64,000 bases of DNA from Arenicellales bacterium. Its GTDB lineage: Bacteria > Pseudomonadota > Gammaproteobacteria > Arenicellales > Poriferihabitantaceae. A program made the position numbers and the translations under genes. Positions 37,904-48,193 of this stretch are shown here, piece by piece; the first letter of the stretch is position 1, and each line of letters starts with the position of its first letter. Under the pieces are notes generated by a model that did no database searches, was not told the origin of the DNA, and was given only the letters and a program-made list of their open reading frames with translations. The stretch spans positions 16,834-80,833 of the forward strand of contig OZ220677.1 of the NCBI GenBank assembly GCA_965116335.1. Direction: 5' to 3'.

Positions 37904-38782
37904 TCAGGAAACGGAGCCGAGAAACAGGTTGTCAATCAGTCTGACTTCGCCCAGCCAGGCGGCGAGCAACGCTCGTGGAGATTCAATCCCGGTGGCCGGG
38001 GGCTGTCGGGACCAGTTGGCGCCATCGCGAATCGCGCTATATTCCAGGCGGATTTGTGGATGTTGTAAGGTCTGGCGCATGATCTGTTCCAGTTTGACCG
38101 CGTCCTTGAACCCGTTTTGCCAGGCATCCCGGGCCGTACAGAGTGTCTCATAGAGTTTTGGCGCAAGTGTCCGCTGGTACGGTGACAGGCGCTGATTGCG
38201 GGATGACAGGGCTAATCCCGACTGCTCGCGTATGGTTGGATGTACAATGACATTGATTTTTCTGTTCTCGCGTGCAAGGTTCTTTGCCAGTTCCCCGACT
38301 ATGAGGGTTTGCTGGAAATCCTTTTCCCCAAAATATGCCGAGCAATCGCCGACGGTTCTGAACAGTCGATCGACGATGGTCGCCACTCCTTCGAGGTGTC
38401 CGGGTCGCCAGTCTCCCTCCAGCCCTGCTGCGGCGTTGCCTGCATCAAGCAAGGGGATGTCGTCCAGGTCGGGGCTATCCGGGAAAAACTGCTGGAGACT
38501 GCCCGTGTAGACCATATTGCAGTTGGCTTTCTCCAGTAGCAGGTAGTCCCGGTCCGGGTTCGCGGGATATTTTGCCAGGTCTTCGGGGTTGTTGAATTGT
38601 AACGGATTGACAAAAATGCTGGCGCAGCAGACATCATTGTTTTTGGCCGCGTTCCTGACCAGTGCCAGATGTCCTTCATGCAGGGCACCCATGGTAGGGA
38701 CATAGCCGATTGACCGTCCATCCCGGCGCATCTGACTGCACCATCTGGCTGCGTCCTGAGGGGAGGATAATCGGGTAATCAA
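37904..38782 (-). CDS. panC: Pantoate--beta-alanine ligase
   Basis: VPTMGALHEGHL, SIFVNPLQF, RPGHLEGV, YFGEKDFQQ, REQSGLALSSRN, VRLIDN. Confidence 0.96.
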   Translation of the reverse strand: MITRLSSPQDAARWCSQMRRDGRSIGYVPTMGALHEGHLALVRNAAKNNDVCCASIFVNPLQFNNPEDLAKYPANPDRDYLLLEKANCNMVYTGSLQQFFPDSPDLDDIPLLDAGNAAAGLEGDWRPGHLEGVATIVDRLFRTVGDCSAYFGEKDFQQTLIVGELAKNLARENRKINVIVHPTIREQSGLALSSRNQRLSPYQRTLAPKLYETLCTARDAWQNGFKDAVKLEQIMRQTLQHPQIRLEYSAIRDGANWSRQPPATGIESPRALLAAWLGEVRLIDNLFLGSVS

Positions 38783-38803
38783 TGGTCGCGGATATTGCCA
38801 GTC

Positions 38804-39457
38804 TTACAGCCAGGGCAGAATGTCAGAGGCCTGGTTAATCACTTCATCGGCACCCCAGGTATGCGGGTCATCATGGGCAAAAATGTAGCCCCAGGATGCG
38901 GCCAGTGTAAGCATTCCCGCGCTTTTACCAGCCTTGACATCGCGTTCATCATCACCGATATAAATTGTGCTGGCCGGGTCGCCCTGCAGATGGTTGCAGG
39001 CATGGATCAAGGGTAATGGATGCGGTTTTTTGACCGCTAATGTGTCTCCACTGACTACCACTCCGGGAGTCGAGGGCAGAGTCAGGACGCTCAGCAGGCG
39101 ATCGGTGAGATGGGCGGGTTTGTTGGTCACGATGCCCCATTTTCTTCCGCTTGCCTCTATCTTTTCCAGGATGGACTCCATGCCGGGAAAAAACCGCGTG
39201 TGAACTGCGATGTGATCGTAGTAGGTGCGGAGCATCTGTTCCGATAACCATTTCGCCTGATCGTCCTCGGGCTGGCATTCGAATGCCTGACATATCATGA
39301 CCATAGCACCTCTCGATGCGAAAGAGCGTAGACTCGCCGTCGGCAGGGCAGGGCGGCCATGGTCTTCGAGTACCCGGTTCAGAGCGCCACTCAGATCAAG
39401 GTGGGTATCGAGTAAAGTGCCATCCAGATCGAACAGGAAAGTTTCAGGTTTTATCAT
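38804..39457 (-). CDS. gph: HAD phosphatase (phosphoglycolate / MurNAc-6P phosphatase type)
   Basis: FDLDGTLLD, WGIVTNKP, KKPHPLP, YIGDDERD; follows ubiG. Confidence 0.88.
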   Translation of the reverse strand: MIKPETFLFDLDGTLLDTHLDLSGALNRVLEDHGRPALPTASLRSFASRGAMVMICQAFECQPEDDQAKWLSEQMLRTYYDHIAVHTRFFPGMESILEKIEASGRKWGIVTNKPAHLTDRLLSVLTLPSTPGVVVSGDTLAVKKPHPLPLIHACNHLQGDPASTIYIGDDERDVKAGKSAGMLTLAASWGYIFAHDDPHTWGADEVINQASDILPWL

Positions 39458-39472
39458 GGGCAGGCATCAGTC

Positions 39473-40228
39473 TCAGGCGGGTTTTTCCATGCGGGCGATG
39501 TAATTGACTGCAATGCCGTTGCCCAGACGGAAAGTTTGCAGAATCGGGTTGTAATGTAATCCGATCAGATCGCGGATTTCAAGATCATCGCTGGCCCACT
39601 TGACCAGTTCACCGGGACGGATGAATTTCTCGTACTGATGGGTGCCTGCCGGTAGCAGATTGAGAATATATTCCGCGCCCAATATGGCAAGCACAAATGC
39701 TTTCGGATGGCGGTTGATGGTGGAAAACCAGACGCTTCCACCCGGTTTGACCAGTCTGCCGCAAGCCTGCACGATACTGGCCGGGTCTGGCACATGCTCC
39801 AGCATTTCCATGCAGGTCACGATGTCCCAGCAACCCGGTTTTTCCTCCGCCAGTTGTTCAACCGTGGTTTTCAGGTATTGGATGTTGTTGACCTGATTTT
39901 CCAGAGCGTGCAGTCGGGCGACTTCAAGCTGTGCTTCACCTACATCAATGCCGGTCACATCCGCTCCTTTTATCGCCATCGCCTCGCTCAGGATACCGCC
40001 ACCGCATCCTGTATCGAGAACCCGGCACCCGGCGAGACGGGAATGCTGGTCAATATAATCCAGGCGTAGCGGATTGATCTGGTGGAGGGTTTTGAATTCG
40101 CCTTCAAGGTCCCACCAGCGTGCGGCTGAGCGGCTGAATTTTTCGACTTCCGCCGCGTCTATGTTTATCCGGTTTTGTTCGGTTGCGGTCATTATCGAAG
40201 GCTTCACGAAGCTATTTTGTCTCGCCAT
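39473..40228 (-). CDS. ubiG: Ubiquinone biosynthesis O-methyltransferase
   Basis: EVEKFS...WWDLEGEFKTLHQINPLRLDYI, VLDTGCGGGILSEAMA, CMEMLEHVPDP. Confidence 0.96.
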   Translation of the reverse strand: MARQNSFVKPSIMTATEQNRINIDAAEVEKFSRSAARWWDLEGEFKTLHQINPLRLDYIDQHSRLAGCRVLDTGCGGGILSEAMAIKGADVTGIDVGEAQLEVARLHALENQVNNIQYLKTTVEQLAEEKPGCWDIVTCMEMLEHVPDPASIVQACGRLVKPGGSVWFSTINRHPKAFVLAILGAEYILNLLPAGTHQYEKFIRPGELVKWASDDLEIRDLIGLHYNPILQTFRLGNGIAVNYIARMEKPA

Positions 40229-41517
40229 TGACGTGCGCTATGGCAGACCCGATCTTTATCTATTGTGGTTAACTCATGATTATCCAGTACGCGCTCGCCA
40301 TTGATCCAGACATTGGAAACCTGGCTTCGGGTGGAGCTATAGACTATCTGGCTGACCGGGTTGAAAATCGGTTGAGTACTGCAATCAGATAGATCCAGGG
40401 TAATCAAATCAGCCTGTTTGCCAATTTCAATAGAGCCAACCAGGTGATCAATACCGAGCGCTTTTGCGCCATTCAGGGTTGCAGACTTCAGGGTGGACCA
40501 GGCGTTCAGCGCGGTCGGGTCTGCGCTAACTCCCTTGGCAAGCAAGGAGGCTGTACGCATTTCGGATAGCATATCGAGATCATTATTACTGGACGAACCA
40601 TCCGTTCCGATAGCGAGATTCACTCCCGCATCAACGAGAGCATGGGTCGGGCAAAACCCGCTTGCCAGCTTCAGATTGGATTCCGGGCAGTGCACCACGT
40701 GAACTCCTTGTTCGGCCAGGGTATTGATTTCACCATCGAGAAGCTGGGTCATGTGTACCGCCATCAGACGCGGCCCGATCAATCCCAGTTGATTCAGTCT
40801 CTCCAGAGGCCGGATGCCGTATCTGGCCACAGATTCCTTGATTTCCTGTTCCGTTTCATGGACATGCATGTGTATCTGGCAATCGAGTTCCTCTGACAGT
40901 GCGGCAATCCGGCGCAGCGGTTCATCGGATACGGTGTAGGGGGCGTGGGGAGAAAAAGCGGCAGTGATTAGATTGGAATGACGAATGGCATCTTTCACTG
41001 ACAGCCCCTTGCTAATGTACTCATCAGCATCTTTAGCCCAGACAGTCGGAAAATCAATCACGATCATGCTGATACAGGCTCTCATCCTGGCGCGTCCTGC
41101 TCGCTGCGCTACGATATCCGGGAAGAAATACATGTCATTGAAACAGGTTGTGCCTCCCTGAATCATTTCTGCACAGGCCAGGTCGGTGCCGGATTCTACG
41201 AAAGACTCACTTACCCATTTCCCCTCTGCTGGCCAGATCCATTCCTGCAACCATTCCAGTAGCGGTAAATCATCGGCATAACCCCTGAACAGGGTCATGG
41301 CCGCATGAGTGTGGGTATTGACAAGTCCGGGCATCAGGACGGACTGATCCAGCACCAGATCGGTTTTCGCCTTATACCGGGCTGAAATGGATTCGGATTT
41401 GTCCAGGCCAATAATCTGGCCCTGATCAACCGCGAGAGTGTACCCCGTAAGGACCCGCTCATCCGGAGCAATGGGGATGATCCATCCCGGTGTGATCAAC
41501 AGGTCAATTTCTTGCAT
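40204..41517 (-). CDS. mtaD: Amidohydrolase, MTA/SAH/5'-deoxyadenosine deaminase type
   Basis: PGLVNTHTH, GGTTCFNDMY, PHAPY, HMHVHET, HCPESNLKLASG, GTDGSSSNNDLD; start at MQEIDLLI. Confidence 0.85.
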   Translation of the reverse strand: MQEIDLLITPGWIIPIAPDERVLTGYTLAVDQGQIIGLDKSESISARYKAKTDLVLDQSVLMPGLVNTHTHAAMTLFRGYADDLPLLEWLQEWIWPAEGKWVSESFVESGTDLACAEMIQGGTTCFNDMYFFPDIVAQRAGRARMRACISMIVIDFPTVWAKDADEYISKGLSVKDAIRHSNLITAAFSPHAPYTVSDEPLRRIAALSEELDCQIHMHVHETEQEIKESVARYGIRPLERLNQLGLIGPRLMAVHMTQLLDGEINTLAEQGVHVVHCPESNLKLASGFCPTHALVDAGVNLAIGTDGSSSNNDLDMLSEMRTASLLAKGVSADPTALNAWSTLKSATLNGAKALGIDHLVGSIEIGKQADLITLDLSDCSTQPIFNPVSQIVYSSTRSQVSNVWINGERVLDNHELTTIDKDRVCHSARQWRDKIAS

Positions 41518-42346
41518 TGGAGAGTTCGTTCGGGGATGCTGTACTGGCATGATTGCCGATGAAACCGGTGAGCGCATGGAGGACTCCATCGGGAGACTCC
41601 GACATGATATTGTGACCGCAATCCGGGAGCATGATGATTTCAGCCAGTTGGTTGCGGTCCGCTTCAATTTTTGCCAGTTTGGCCGGTGCCATCTTGTCTC
41701 GTTGCCCACTGATAAACAGAATCGGGCAGGTCACTTTCTCGAACGCGGCTTCGCCGTTACGGTAGTTATCGCAGGCTTGCAGATTGCAGTGGATGGAGCC
41801 TTTCGGGCTGTTTTTCATCATGCTCATCTGCATCCCGGCGGACCAGAATCCGGGAACCGGCTCACCCCCGATTCTGGAAGTGTGACTCCATCCTGTCATC
41901 ATGGAGTAAGCCTGCTCAGGGTTGTCCCGGGCAGCCTCCATTAATTGTGGCGTGACCGACATCGGATAACTGAAACCAACCAGAGAGAGGGTGTTGAGCT
42001 TGTGTTTGGCATGATTGAAGTCGGCGGCGGCTTGTAACACAACCAGTGCCCCCATGCTGTGCCCGACCAGATGAATACCGGCAGATGGAATCATCTCGAC
42101 CATGGCATTCAGCCACTGTGCCATGTCTTCCACTCTGGACAACAGGGAGCCTTGACTGAACTTATGTCCTGGCAGGTCAAGCGCTGCAACGTTATATCCA
42201 TGATAGGCAAAATATCGGCTCTGGTGCGACCAGACGGTATGATCCATCGACGCGCCATGCAGGAACACTACTGTTTCCCGGTTCTCATTGGGCTCGTGGG
42301 TGCCGGTATAAGCGTAGTAATCGGTGTTGTGGATTGTGATATACAT
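41504..42346 (-). CDS. Alpha/beta hydrolase
   Basis: VVFLHGA, DLPGH, GHSMG nucleophile elbow, GQRDKM, CGHNIM. Confidence 0.88.
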   Translation of the reverse strand: MYITIHNTDYYAYTGTHEPNENRETVVFLHGASMDHTVWSHQSRYFAYHGYNVAALDLPGHKFSQGSLLSRVEDMAQWLNAMVEMIPSAGIHLVGHSMGALVVLQAAADFNHAKHKLNTLSLVGFSYPMSVTPQLMEAARDNPEQAYSMMTGWSHTSRIGGEPVPGFWSAGMQMSMMKNSPKGSIHCNLQACDNYRNGEAAFEKVTCPILFISGQRDKMAPAKLAKIEADRNQLAEIIMLPDCGHNIMSESPDGVLHALTGFIGNHASTASPNELSNARN

Positions 42347-42349
42347 GGC

Positions 42350-43654
42350 TCAAATACGGGTTGCTTTCTTCGCCAGATGAATCCCTCTGGAAAGATCTTC
42401 CAGCAGATCGTCAATGTCTTCCAGACCTACTGATACACGGATCGTACCTTCGCCGATTCCCGCCTTTTTCAGGTCTTCGTCGCTCATGCGGTAGTGAGTC
42501 GTACTGGCCGGATGAATGACCAGGGATTTCGCGTCACCCACATTGGCCAGATGTGAGAAAATCTCCAGTCCTTCGGTAAATGCGCGGCCCGCTTCGCGCC
42601 CGCCTTTCAGGTTGAAACTGAATACCGCCCCCGCTCCTCTGGGCAACAAGCGTTGAGCCAGCTGATAGTCGGGATGGTCAGGCAATTCCGGGTAACTGAT
42701 TCCTTCCACCTGGTCTGAGGCTTGCAGGAGTTCGATAATCTTCCGGGTATTGGCTACATGGCGCTCCATCCTGATGGACAGGGTTTCCATGCCCTGAAGT
42801 ATGTAGAAGGCGACGGTGGGTGACATACAGGCGCCGAAATCCCGCATTCCTTCGCGCCGGGCGCGTAGCAAAAATGCTCCCTGGCTCGATTCTTCGTCAA
42901 ATGACATGTCATGGAAGCCTTTATAGGGCTCGGAAAGCGTGCTGAATTTTCCGCTTTTCTGCCAGTCGAAGCGGCCTTGATCAACCAGCAGGCCGCCGAT
43001 CACCGTGCCATGACCGCACAGGAACTTGGTGGCGGAGTGCATGATCAGATGAGCGCCGTGTTCAAACGGTTTCATCAGCCAGGGCGTGGTGAAGGTGGAG
43101 TCAATCAGTAATGGAATACGGTTCTGCTCTGCAATCTCGGCCACCACCGGCAGGTTCAGGATGTCGTTGCCCGGATTGCCGATCACCTCGCCGAAGATCA
43201 GGCGGGTTTCCGGTCGAATGGCATTGCGGATACCGTCTATATCGCGTGGGGAGACAAAAGTCGTCTCAATGCCGAATCGGGGCAGGGTATATTGCAGCAG
43301 ATTGTGCGATCCGCCATAAATCGCGCTGGAGGAAACCACATGAGACCCGGCATCCATCAGGGTGGCAATCGCCAGATGCAGCGCTGCCTGTCCACTGGCG
43401 GTTGCCAGACCGCCAACCCCGTCTTCCAGCGCTGCGATACGTTCCTCCAGTACGGCTGTGGTGGGGTTGGATAATCTGGAATAGGCGTGGCCGGGGCGTT
43501 CCATATTGAACAGCGAAGCCGCCTGCGAGCTATCCTTGAAAACATAGCTGGCGGTCTGATAGATCGGGACCGCCCGGGCACCGTGAACCGGGTCTGGTCG
43601 TTGTCCGGCATGCAACGCGAGGGTGTCAAAACGGGTATTAACAGGTCGTGCCAT
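42350..43654 (-). CDS. metY: O-acetylhomoserine aminocarboxypropyltransferase (PLP)
   Basis: AVPIYQTASYVF, YSRLSNPT, IDSTFTTP, HSATKFL, HLANVGDAKSLVIHPASTTH. Confidence 0.9.
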   Translation of the reverse strand: MARPVNTRFDTLALHAGQRPDPVHGARAVPIYQTASYVFKDSSQAASLFNMERPGHAYSRLSNPTTAVLEERIAALEDGVGGLATASGQAALHLAIATLMDAGSHVVSSSAIYGGSHNLLQYTLPRFGIETTFVSPRDIDGIRNAIRPETRLIFGEVIGNPGNDILNLPVVAEIAEQNRIPLLIDSTFTTPWLMKPFEHGAHLIMHSATKFLCGHGTVIGGLLVDQGRFDWQKSGKFSTLSEPYKGFHDMSFDEESSQGAFLLRARREGMRDFGACMSPTVAFYILQGMETLSIRMERHVANTRKIIELLQASDQVEGISYPELPDHPDYQLAQRLLPRGAGAVFSFNLKGGREAGRAFTEGLEIFSHLANVGDAKSLVIHPASTTHYRMSDEDLKKAGIGEGTIRVSVGLEDIDDLLEDLSRGIHLAKKATRI

Positions 43655-43718
43655 CTGTTTGCTCGAGGTTTATAATCACGGGTGCTTATCTTACCACTCA
43701 TCTTTTCAGGAATCTGCC

Positions 43719-44870
43719 ATGCCTCTGCATTTCGAGAAATCAGAACTTGCCGCCCGTCGCAATGCGACCATCCGTCTGCTTGAATCCAGCAATCTGGACG
43801 GGATTTTGATGTTCAAGCAGGAAAGTATGTATTATCTGACCGGCTATGACACTTTCGGTTATTGCTTTTTTCAATGCTTGTATCTGGGTGTCGATGGCCG
43901 CTATTTTCTGTTGACCCGGGCGCCGGACTTGAGACAGGCACAGCATACTTCGGACATTGAGGATATTCGGGTATGGGTGGACGGTGAGGGAGTGGATCCA
44001 TCGAATGATCTGAGGCAGGCATTGCAGGATTACGATGTTGCGGGAAACCGGCTGGGTTGCGAATACAACGCTTATGGCCTGTCTGCGGCACACGGCAAAA
44101 TGCTGGAAGCCGGGCTGGACGGGTTTTGTGCACTTGAGGATGCTTCAACCCTGGTCAATGAGCTTCGGGTGGTGAAAAGCGATGCTGAAATTGAATATGT
44201 CCGCAAGGCCGCGAGCCTGGCCGATGACGCGATGGATGCAGCGATATCGACTGCCGCAGCGGGGGTTTTTGAGGGGGATATTCTGGCGGCGATGCAAAGC
44301 GCTGTATTTCGTGGGGGAGGGGATTATCCGGGTAATGAATTCATCATCGGTTCCGGTGCTGGCGCGTTATTGTGCCGTTACTTTTCCGGCAGGAGAACGG
44401 TCGGTGAGCAGGATCAACTCACGCTTGAGTATGCGGGCGCTTATAGACGGTATCACGCTTGCCTGATGCAGACTTTCCTGACCGGCTCGCCGACTGTCGA
44501 GCACATCAATATGCACCGGGCCTGTGTGGATGCGATGGAAGCCTGTTTACAGGCGATCAAACCGGGCCAGACAATGGGCACTGTGTTCTCGGAACATGCC
44601 AGAGTACTGGATGAGGCCGGGTATCGAGAACACCGTATGAATGCCTGCGGCTACAGCCTCGGCGCGATGTATACGCCGGTATGGATGGATTTCCCGATGT
44701 TTTATGCGAACAATCCATATCCAATGCGAGTCAACAATGTTTTCTTCATCCACATTATCCTGATGAACAGTAATACCGGAAACTCAATGACGCTGGGGCA
44801 AACCGTGCGGGTCACTGAAACAGGAATCGAACGACTCAGCCGTCAGCCAACTGACCTGGTTGTTGTTTGA
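43719..44870 (+). CDS. M24-fold Xaa-Pro peptidase family protein (creatinase/ectoine hydrolase-like)
   Basis: Creatinase-N type start (QESMYYLTGYDT), LRVVKSDAEIEY, LEYAGAYRRYHA, GYSLG, GQTVRVTETGIERL. Confidence 0.75.
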   Translation: MPLHFEKSELAARRNATIRLLESSNLDGILMFKQESMYYLTGYDTFGYCFFQCLYLGVDGRYFLLTRAPDLRQAQHTSDIEDIRVWVDGEGVDPSNDLRQALQDYDVAGNRLGCEYNAYGLSAAHGKMLEAGLDGFCALEDASTLVNELRVVKSDAEIEYVRKAASLADDAMDAAISTAAAGVFEGDILAAMQSAVFRGGGDYPGNEFIIGSGAGALLCRYFSGRRTVGEQDQLTLEYAGAYRRYHACLMQTFLTGSPTVEHINMHRACVDAMEACLQAIKPGQTMGTVFSEHARVLDEAGYREHRMNACGYSLGAMYTPVWMDFPMFYANNPYPMRVNNVFFIHIILMNSNTGNSMTLGQTVRVTETGIERLSRQPTDLVVV

Positions 44871-46542
44871 TTTTCCGGATTGAGTCCTTGACCACTTTGG
44901 CATCGAAAACCTCTATCATTTTCTGCACGTTCGGGTCGTTGACGAAGGACTGGCGCGCGGCTTCTTGTTCCTCGCGCTTCTGTTGTTCGATTTTCCGGGC
45001 CGGGGTATTGTTTTCAGGAGTGGTCTGGCTCAAGTCTTCCAACTGAACCTTGAGTCGTATGTCGAGCGAGAAGCGCTCCTTGAAATGTTGTTCGATCTGA
45101 CGCTTTCTGTCTTCAGTGAACAGGGCGCGGCAGGAGGATTCCAGCGCTATGGTGACTACAGTGCCGTCAACGCAGACAGGTGACATATTCATCAGCAGCG
45201 TTCGTTTGACACCGTTCAGCCCGGACTGGTCAATGAGGTTCTGCCAGCCTTGTGCAGTCCCGATATTCTGCAGATCGGGTTGCTCGATTTTGGGTGTCGT
45301 GGGTGCTGCGGGTGCCGCGGGTGAATCTCCTTTCGGGCGGGCAGCCGGGTCTGTGCCTGCTACGCTGGCAGGCGGAGAAGTCGCAGATGCCTGGCCCGCG
45401 GTGGAATCTGGCCGAGTGGTTTGCGGTTGCCGGGCCGGGGGACGACTGACATCGCGCTTGCCGGGCTGGAAGGCCAGCATCCGCAGCACTGTCATTTCAA
45501 ATCCTGAAACCGGGTCAGGCGCGTAAGGGAAATCCCGTTTCCCGACCAGTGCGGTCTGGTACAGTAATTGTAATTCCTCGGCACCAATCCGGGTGGAAAA
45601 CCGGCTGATTTCCTCCGTATCCATGCCTTTGTATTGCAGGGATGCGGGACTTACCTGGAACAGCGAAACGTTATGCACCAGAGACATCAATTCATCCAGG
45701 GCGGTCGCATAGTCTGCGGATTTCTCTGACATCCGGCCAATGGCGGCGAATACGCCGTCCGCGTCCCCGGCAATGATTCGATCAAACAGCTGATTGACCA
45801 GCTGGTCATCAATCATGCCAAGCATGGTACGGGTCTGTGCGGCAGTGACATCCCCGTTGCAATAGGCGATCGCCTGATCAAGCAGGCTGAGAGAATCGCG
45901 GACGCTGCCATTAGCGGATTTCGCCAGAATCAGCAACGCCTGGGGTTCGAATTTGATCTTTTCCGCTTCAAGTATGCTCGAAAGGTGGGTGCTGAGGCGC
46001 GTAATGTCAACGGCTTTCAGGTTGAACTGGATACAACGGGAAAGAATGGTGGTCGGCAGTTTCCGGGGATTGGTAGTGGCCAGCAGAAACTTGACGTGTG
46101 CGGGCGGTTCCTCCAGAGTCTTCAAGAGTGCATTGAAACTATGCGTCGATAGCATGTGCACTTCGTCAATCAGGTAGATCTTGAAGCGGCTGATGGTCGG
46201 CGTGTACTGAACATTATCCAGTAGTTCCCGGGTGTCCTCGACCTTGGTACGGGAGGCGGCATCCACTTCGATCATATCCATCAGGTTGCCCTGATCAATG
46301 CCCTGGCAGGCGCTGCATTGACCACAGGGCTCAGCGCTGATCCCGGAATCGCAATTCACGGCCTTGGCGAAAATTCTTGCCAGCGTAGTTTTGCCCACTC
46401 CACGAGTCCCGGAGAACAGGAAAGCATGATGGATGCGTTGATTGGTCAGCGCGTTGCTCAATGCGGACACGACATGCGCCTGACCGATTACCTCGGAAAA
46501 AGTTCTGGGTCGCCATTTTCGCGCCAGCGCAAGATAACTCAT
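44836..46542 (-). CDS. dnaX: DNA polymerase III subunit gamma/tau
   Basis: MSYLALARKWRP, GTRGVGKTT, CGQCSAC, EVDAASRT, IDEVHML, SRC. Confidence 0.97.
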   Translation of the reverse strand: MSYLALARKWRPRTFSEVIGQAHVVSALSNALTNQRIHHAFLFSGTRGVGKTTLARIFAKAVNCDSGISAEPCGQCSACQGIDQGNLMDMIEVDAASRTKVEDTRELLDNVQYTPTISRFKIYLIDEVHMLSTHSFNALLKTLEEPPAHVKFLLATTNPRKLPTTILSRCIQFNLKAVDITRLSTHLSSILEAEKIKFEPQALLILAKSANGSVRDSLSLLDQAIAYCNGDVTAAQTRTMLGMIDDQLVNQLFDRIIAGDADGVFAAIGRMSEKSADYATALDELMSLVHNVSLFQVSPASLQYKGMDTEEISRFSTRIGAEELQLLYQTALVGKRDFPYAPDPVSGFEMTVLRMLAFQPGKRDVSRPPARQPQTTRPDSTAGQASATSPPASVAGTDPAARPKGDSPAAPAAPTTPKIEQPDLQNIGTAQGWQNLIDQSGLNGVKRTLLMNMSPVCVDGTVVTIALESSCRALFTEDRKRQIEQHFKERFSLDIRLKVQLEDLSQTTPENNTPARKIEQQKREEQEAARQSFVNDPNVQKMIEVFDAKVVKDSIRKIKQQPGQLADG

Positions 46543-46592
46543 TGATTCAAACACTCTCCGACAGACAGGGGATACGGGTTGCGGCTATTATG

Positions 46593-46709
46593 GTGGCGGA
46601 TCCAGAGCACCAGAGTCCTGACACCCGAAATGATCGCTGCGGCTGCTTCCTTCCGGACCTGACCGGGTTCACGACCTGTCGCCATCAGGGCGATCCTCTT
46701 TCACCGCCA
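46593..46709 (-). ncRNA. ffs: Signal recognition particle (4.5S) RNA
   Basis: Minus strand core GAACCCGGTCAGGTCCGGAAGGAAGCAGC, closing GGCGG/CCGCC stem, directly upstream of dnaX. Ends are approximate. Confidence 0.93.
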
Positions 46710-46832
46710 TAGAGATAATAACCGTTCCGCCTATTCTATGCTATTTTGAACAGTCCTGGAAATGTTACTGCTTGTCTGCTCCGCCCTGTGACCGGGATCA
46801 ATGGTCTGAGTCTTGCCAGCCCAGGGCAGGCT

Positions 46833-48140
46833 TTAGCAATCCAGTGTGTGATCGCGCTCCCATTGTGACATGGAGCGGGAAAAATCGTTCCATTGGTCCA
46901 TTTTCAGTTTGCAGTAGGCATCTACCAGTGGCGCGCCAAGCTGTGCCTTGAGTGATTCGCCCTGTTGGGTCAACCGAATCGCGTCCAGCAGGTTCAGTGG
47001 TAGTTTCTTCAATCCTTCTACGGTATGGCCCTCGGTATACATATTGATATCGAGACGTTTGCCCGGGTCGCGCTGATTGTCGATGCCATCCAGTCCTGCT
47101 GCCAGAATTCCCGCCTGAAGCAGGTACGGGTTGGCGGCGCCATCCATCAGACGAAGCTCGAATCGTCCCGAGTCTGGAATCCGCACCATGTGTGTCCGGT
47201 TGTTGCCGCCATAACTGACCGCATTCGGAGACCAGGTGGCGCCCGACAGGGTACGCGGCGCATTGATCCGCTTGTAGCTGTTGACCGTGGGATTGAAAAT
47301 GGAGGTCAGCTCTTCCACATTGTGCATGATGCCGCCAAGAAACTGCATGGCCAGCCCGGAAAGCCCCATTTCATCTCCCTGATCGAGGAACAGGTTTTCC
47401 TTTCCTGATTTATCCCAGAGAGAGACATGGGCATGACAACCATTGCCGGTCAGATTACTGAATGGTTTGGGCATGAAGGTCGCGCGCAGACCATGATTTT
47501 CGGCAATCTGTTTGACCATGTATTTGAAAAATACATGCCGATCCGCTGTTTTCAGGCAATCGTCAAAGTCCCAGTTCATCTCAAACTGGCCGTTCGCGTC
47601 TTCATGATCATTCTGGTACGGCCCCCAATCCAGTTCAATCATGCAATCGCAAATCTGTGAAATCACGTCGTATCTACGCATCAGCGCGGCCTGGTCATAG
47701 CAGGGCTTGGATTGTATATCCCGGCTGTCAGCAATGGATGTGCCGTCTTCATTGATCAGGAAGTATTCACATTCAACTCCGGTTTTCAGCCGGTAACCTT
47801 TATCGGCGGCTTTCGCGATCTGGTTTTTCAATGCCACGCGGGGAGAGGCTTCGATGGCTTCTCCGTCTATGTATAAATCCCCGGCCAGCCAGCCGACCTC
47901 CGGTTTCCAGGGTAACTGGACCAGGCTGTCCGGGTCGGGGATTGCAAACATATCGCCATCTGCTGGACTCATGTCCAGCCAGGCTGCAAACCCGGCGAAT
48001 CCGGCGCCGTCCCTTTGCATGTCTCCGATCGCCCTGGCTGGCACCAGTTTCGATCGGAGTACGCCGAACAGGTCAACAAAACTGATTAAAAAATATTTGA
48101 TGTTTTTCTGCTTCGCGATTGCCGCTAAATCTTTTGCCAT
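46833..48140 (-). CDS. gmaS: Type III glutamate-ammonia ligase / gamma-glutamylmethylamide synthetase (GlnT)
   Basis: SFVDLFGVLRSKLVPA, GAGFAGFAAW, GVECEYF, YQNDHEDANGQFEMNW, TGNGCHAH, GGNNRTHMVRIP. Confidence 0.9.
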   Translation of the reverse strand: MAKDLAAIAKQKNIKYFLISFVDLFGVLRSKLVPARAIGDMQRDGAGFAGFAAWLDMSPADGDMFAIPDPDSLVQLPWKPEVGWLAGDLYIDGEAIEASPRVALKNQIAKAADKGYRLKTGVECEYFLINEDGTSIADSRDIQSKPCYDQAALMRRYDVISQICDCMIELDWGPYQNDHEDANGQFEMNWDFDDCLKTADRHVFFKYMVKQIAENHGLRATFMPKPFSNLTGNGCHAHVSLWDKSGKENLFLDQGDEMGLSGLAMQFLGGIMHNVEELTSIFNPTVNSYKRINAPRTLSGATWSPNAVSYGGNNRTHMVRIPDSGRFELRLMDGAANPYLLQAGILAAGLDGIDNQRDPGKRLDINMYTEGHTVEGLKKLPLNLLDAIRLTQQGESLKAQLGAPLVDAYCKLKMDQWNDFSRSMSQWERDHTLDC

Positions 48141-48193
48141 GGTCTGTTTACCTCATTTGTCCACTTATAACTGTACGATAATAACGTATATAA

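Noticed and set aside
46710-46832. tRNA gene next to ffs
   Set aside because: No cloverleaf, T-loop GTTC motif or CCA end visible; no tRNA or rRNA was recognised anywhere in the window.
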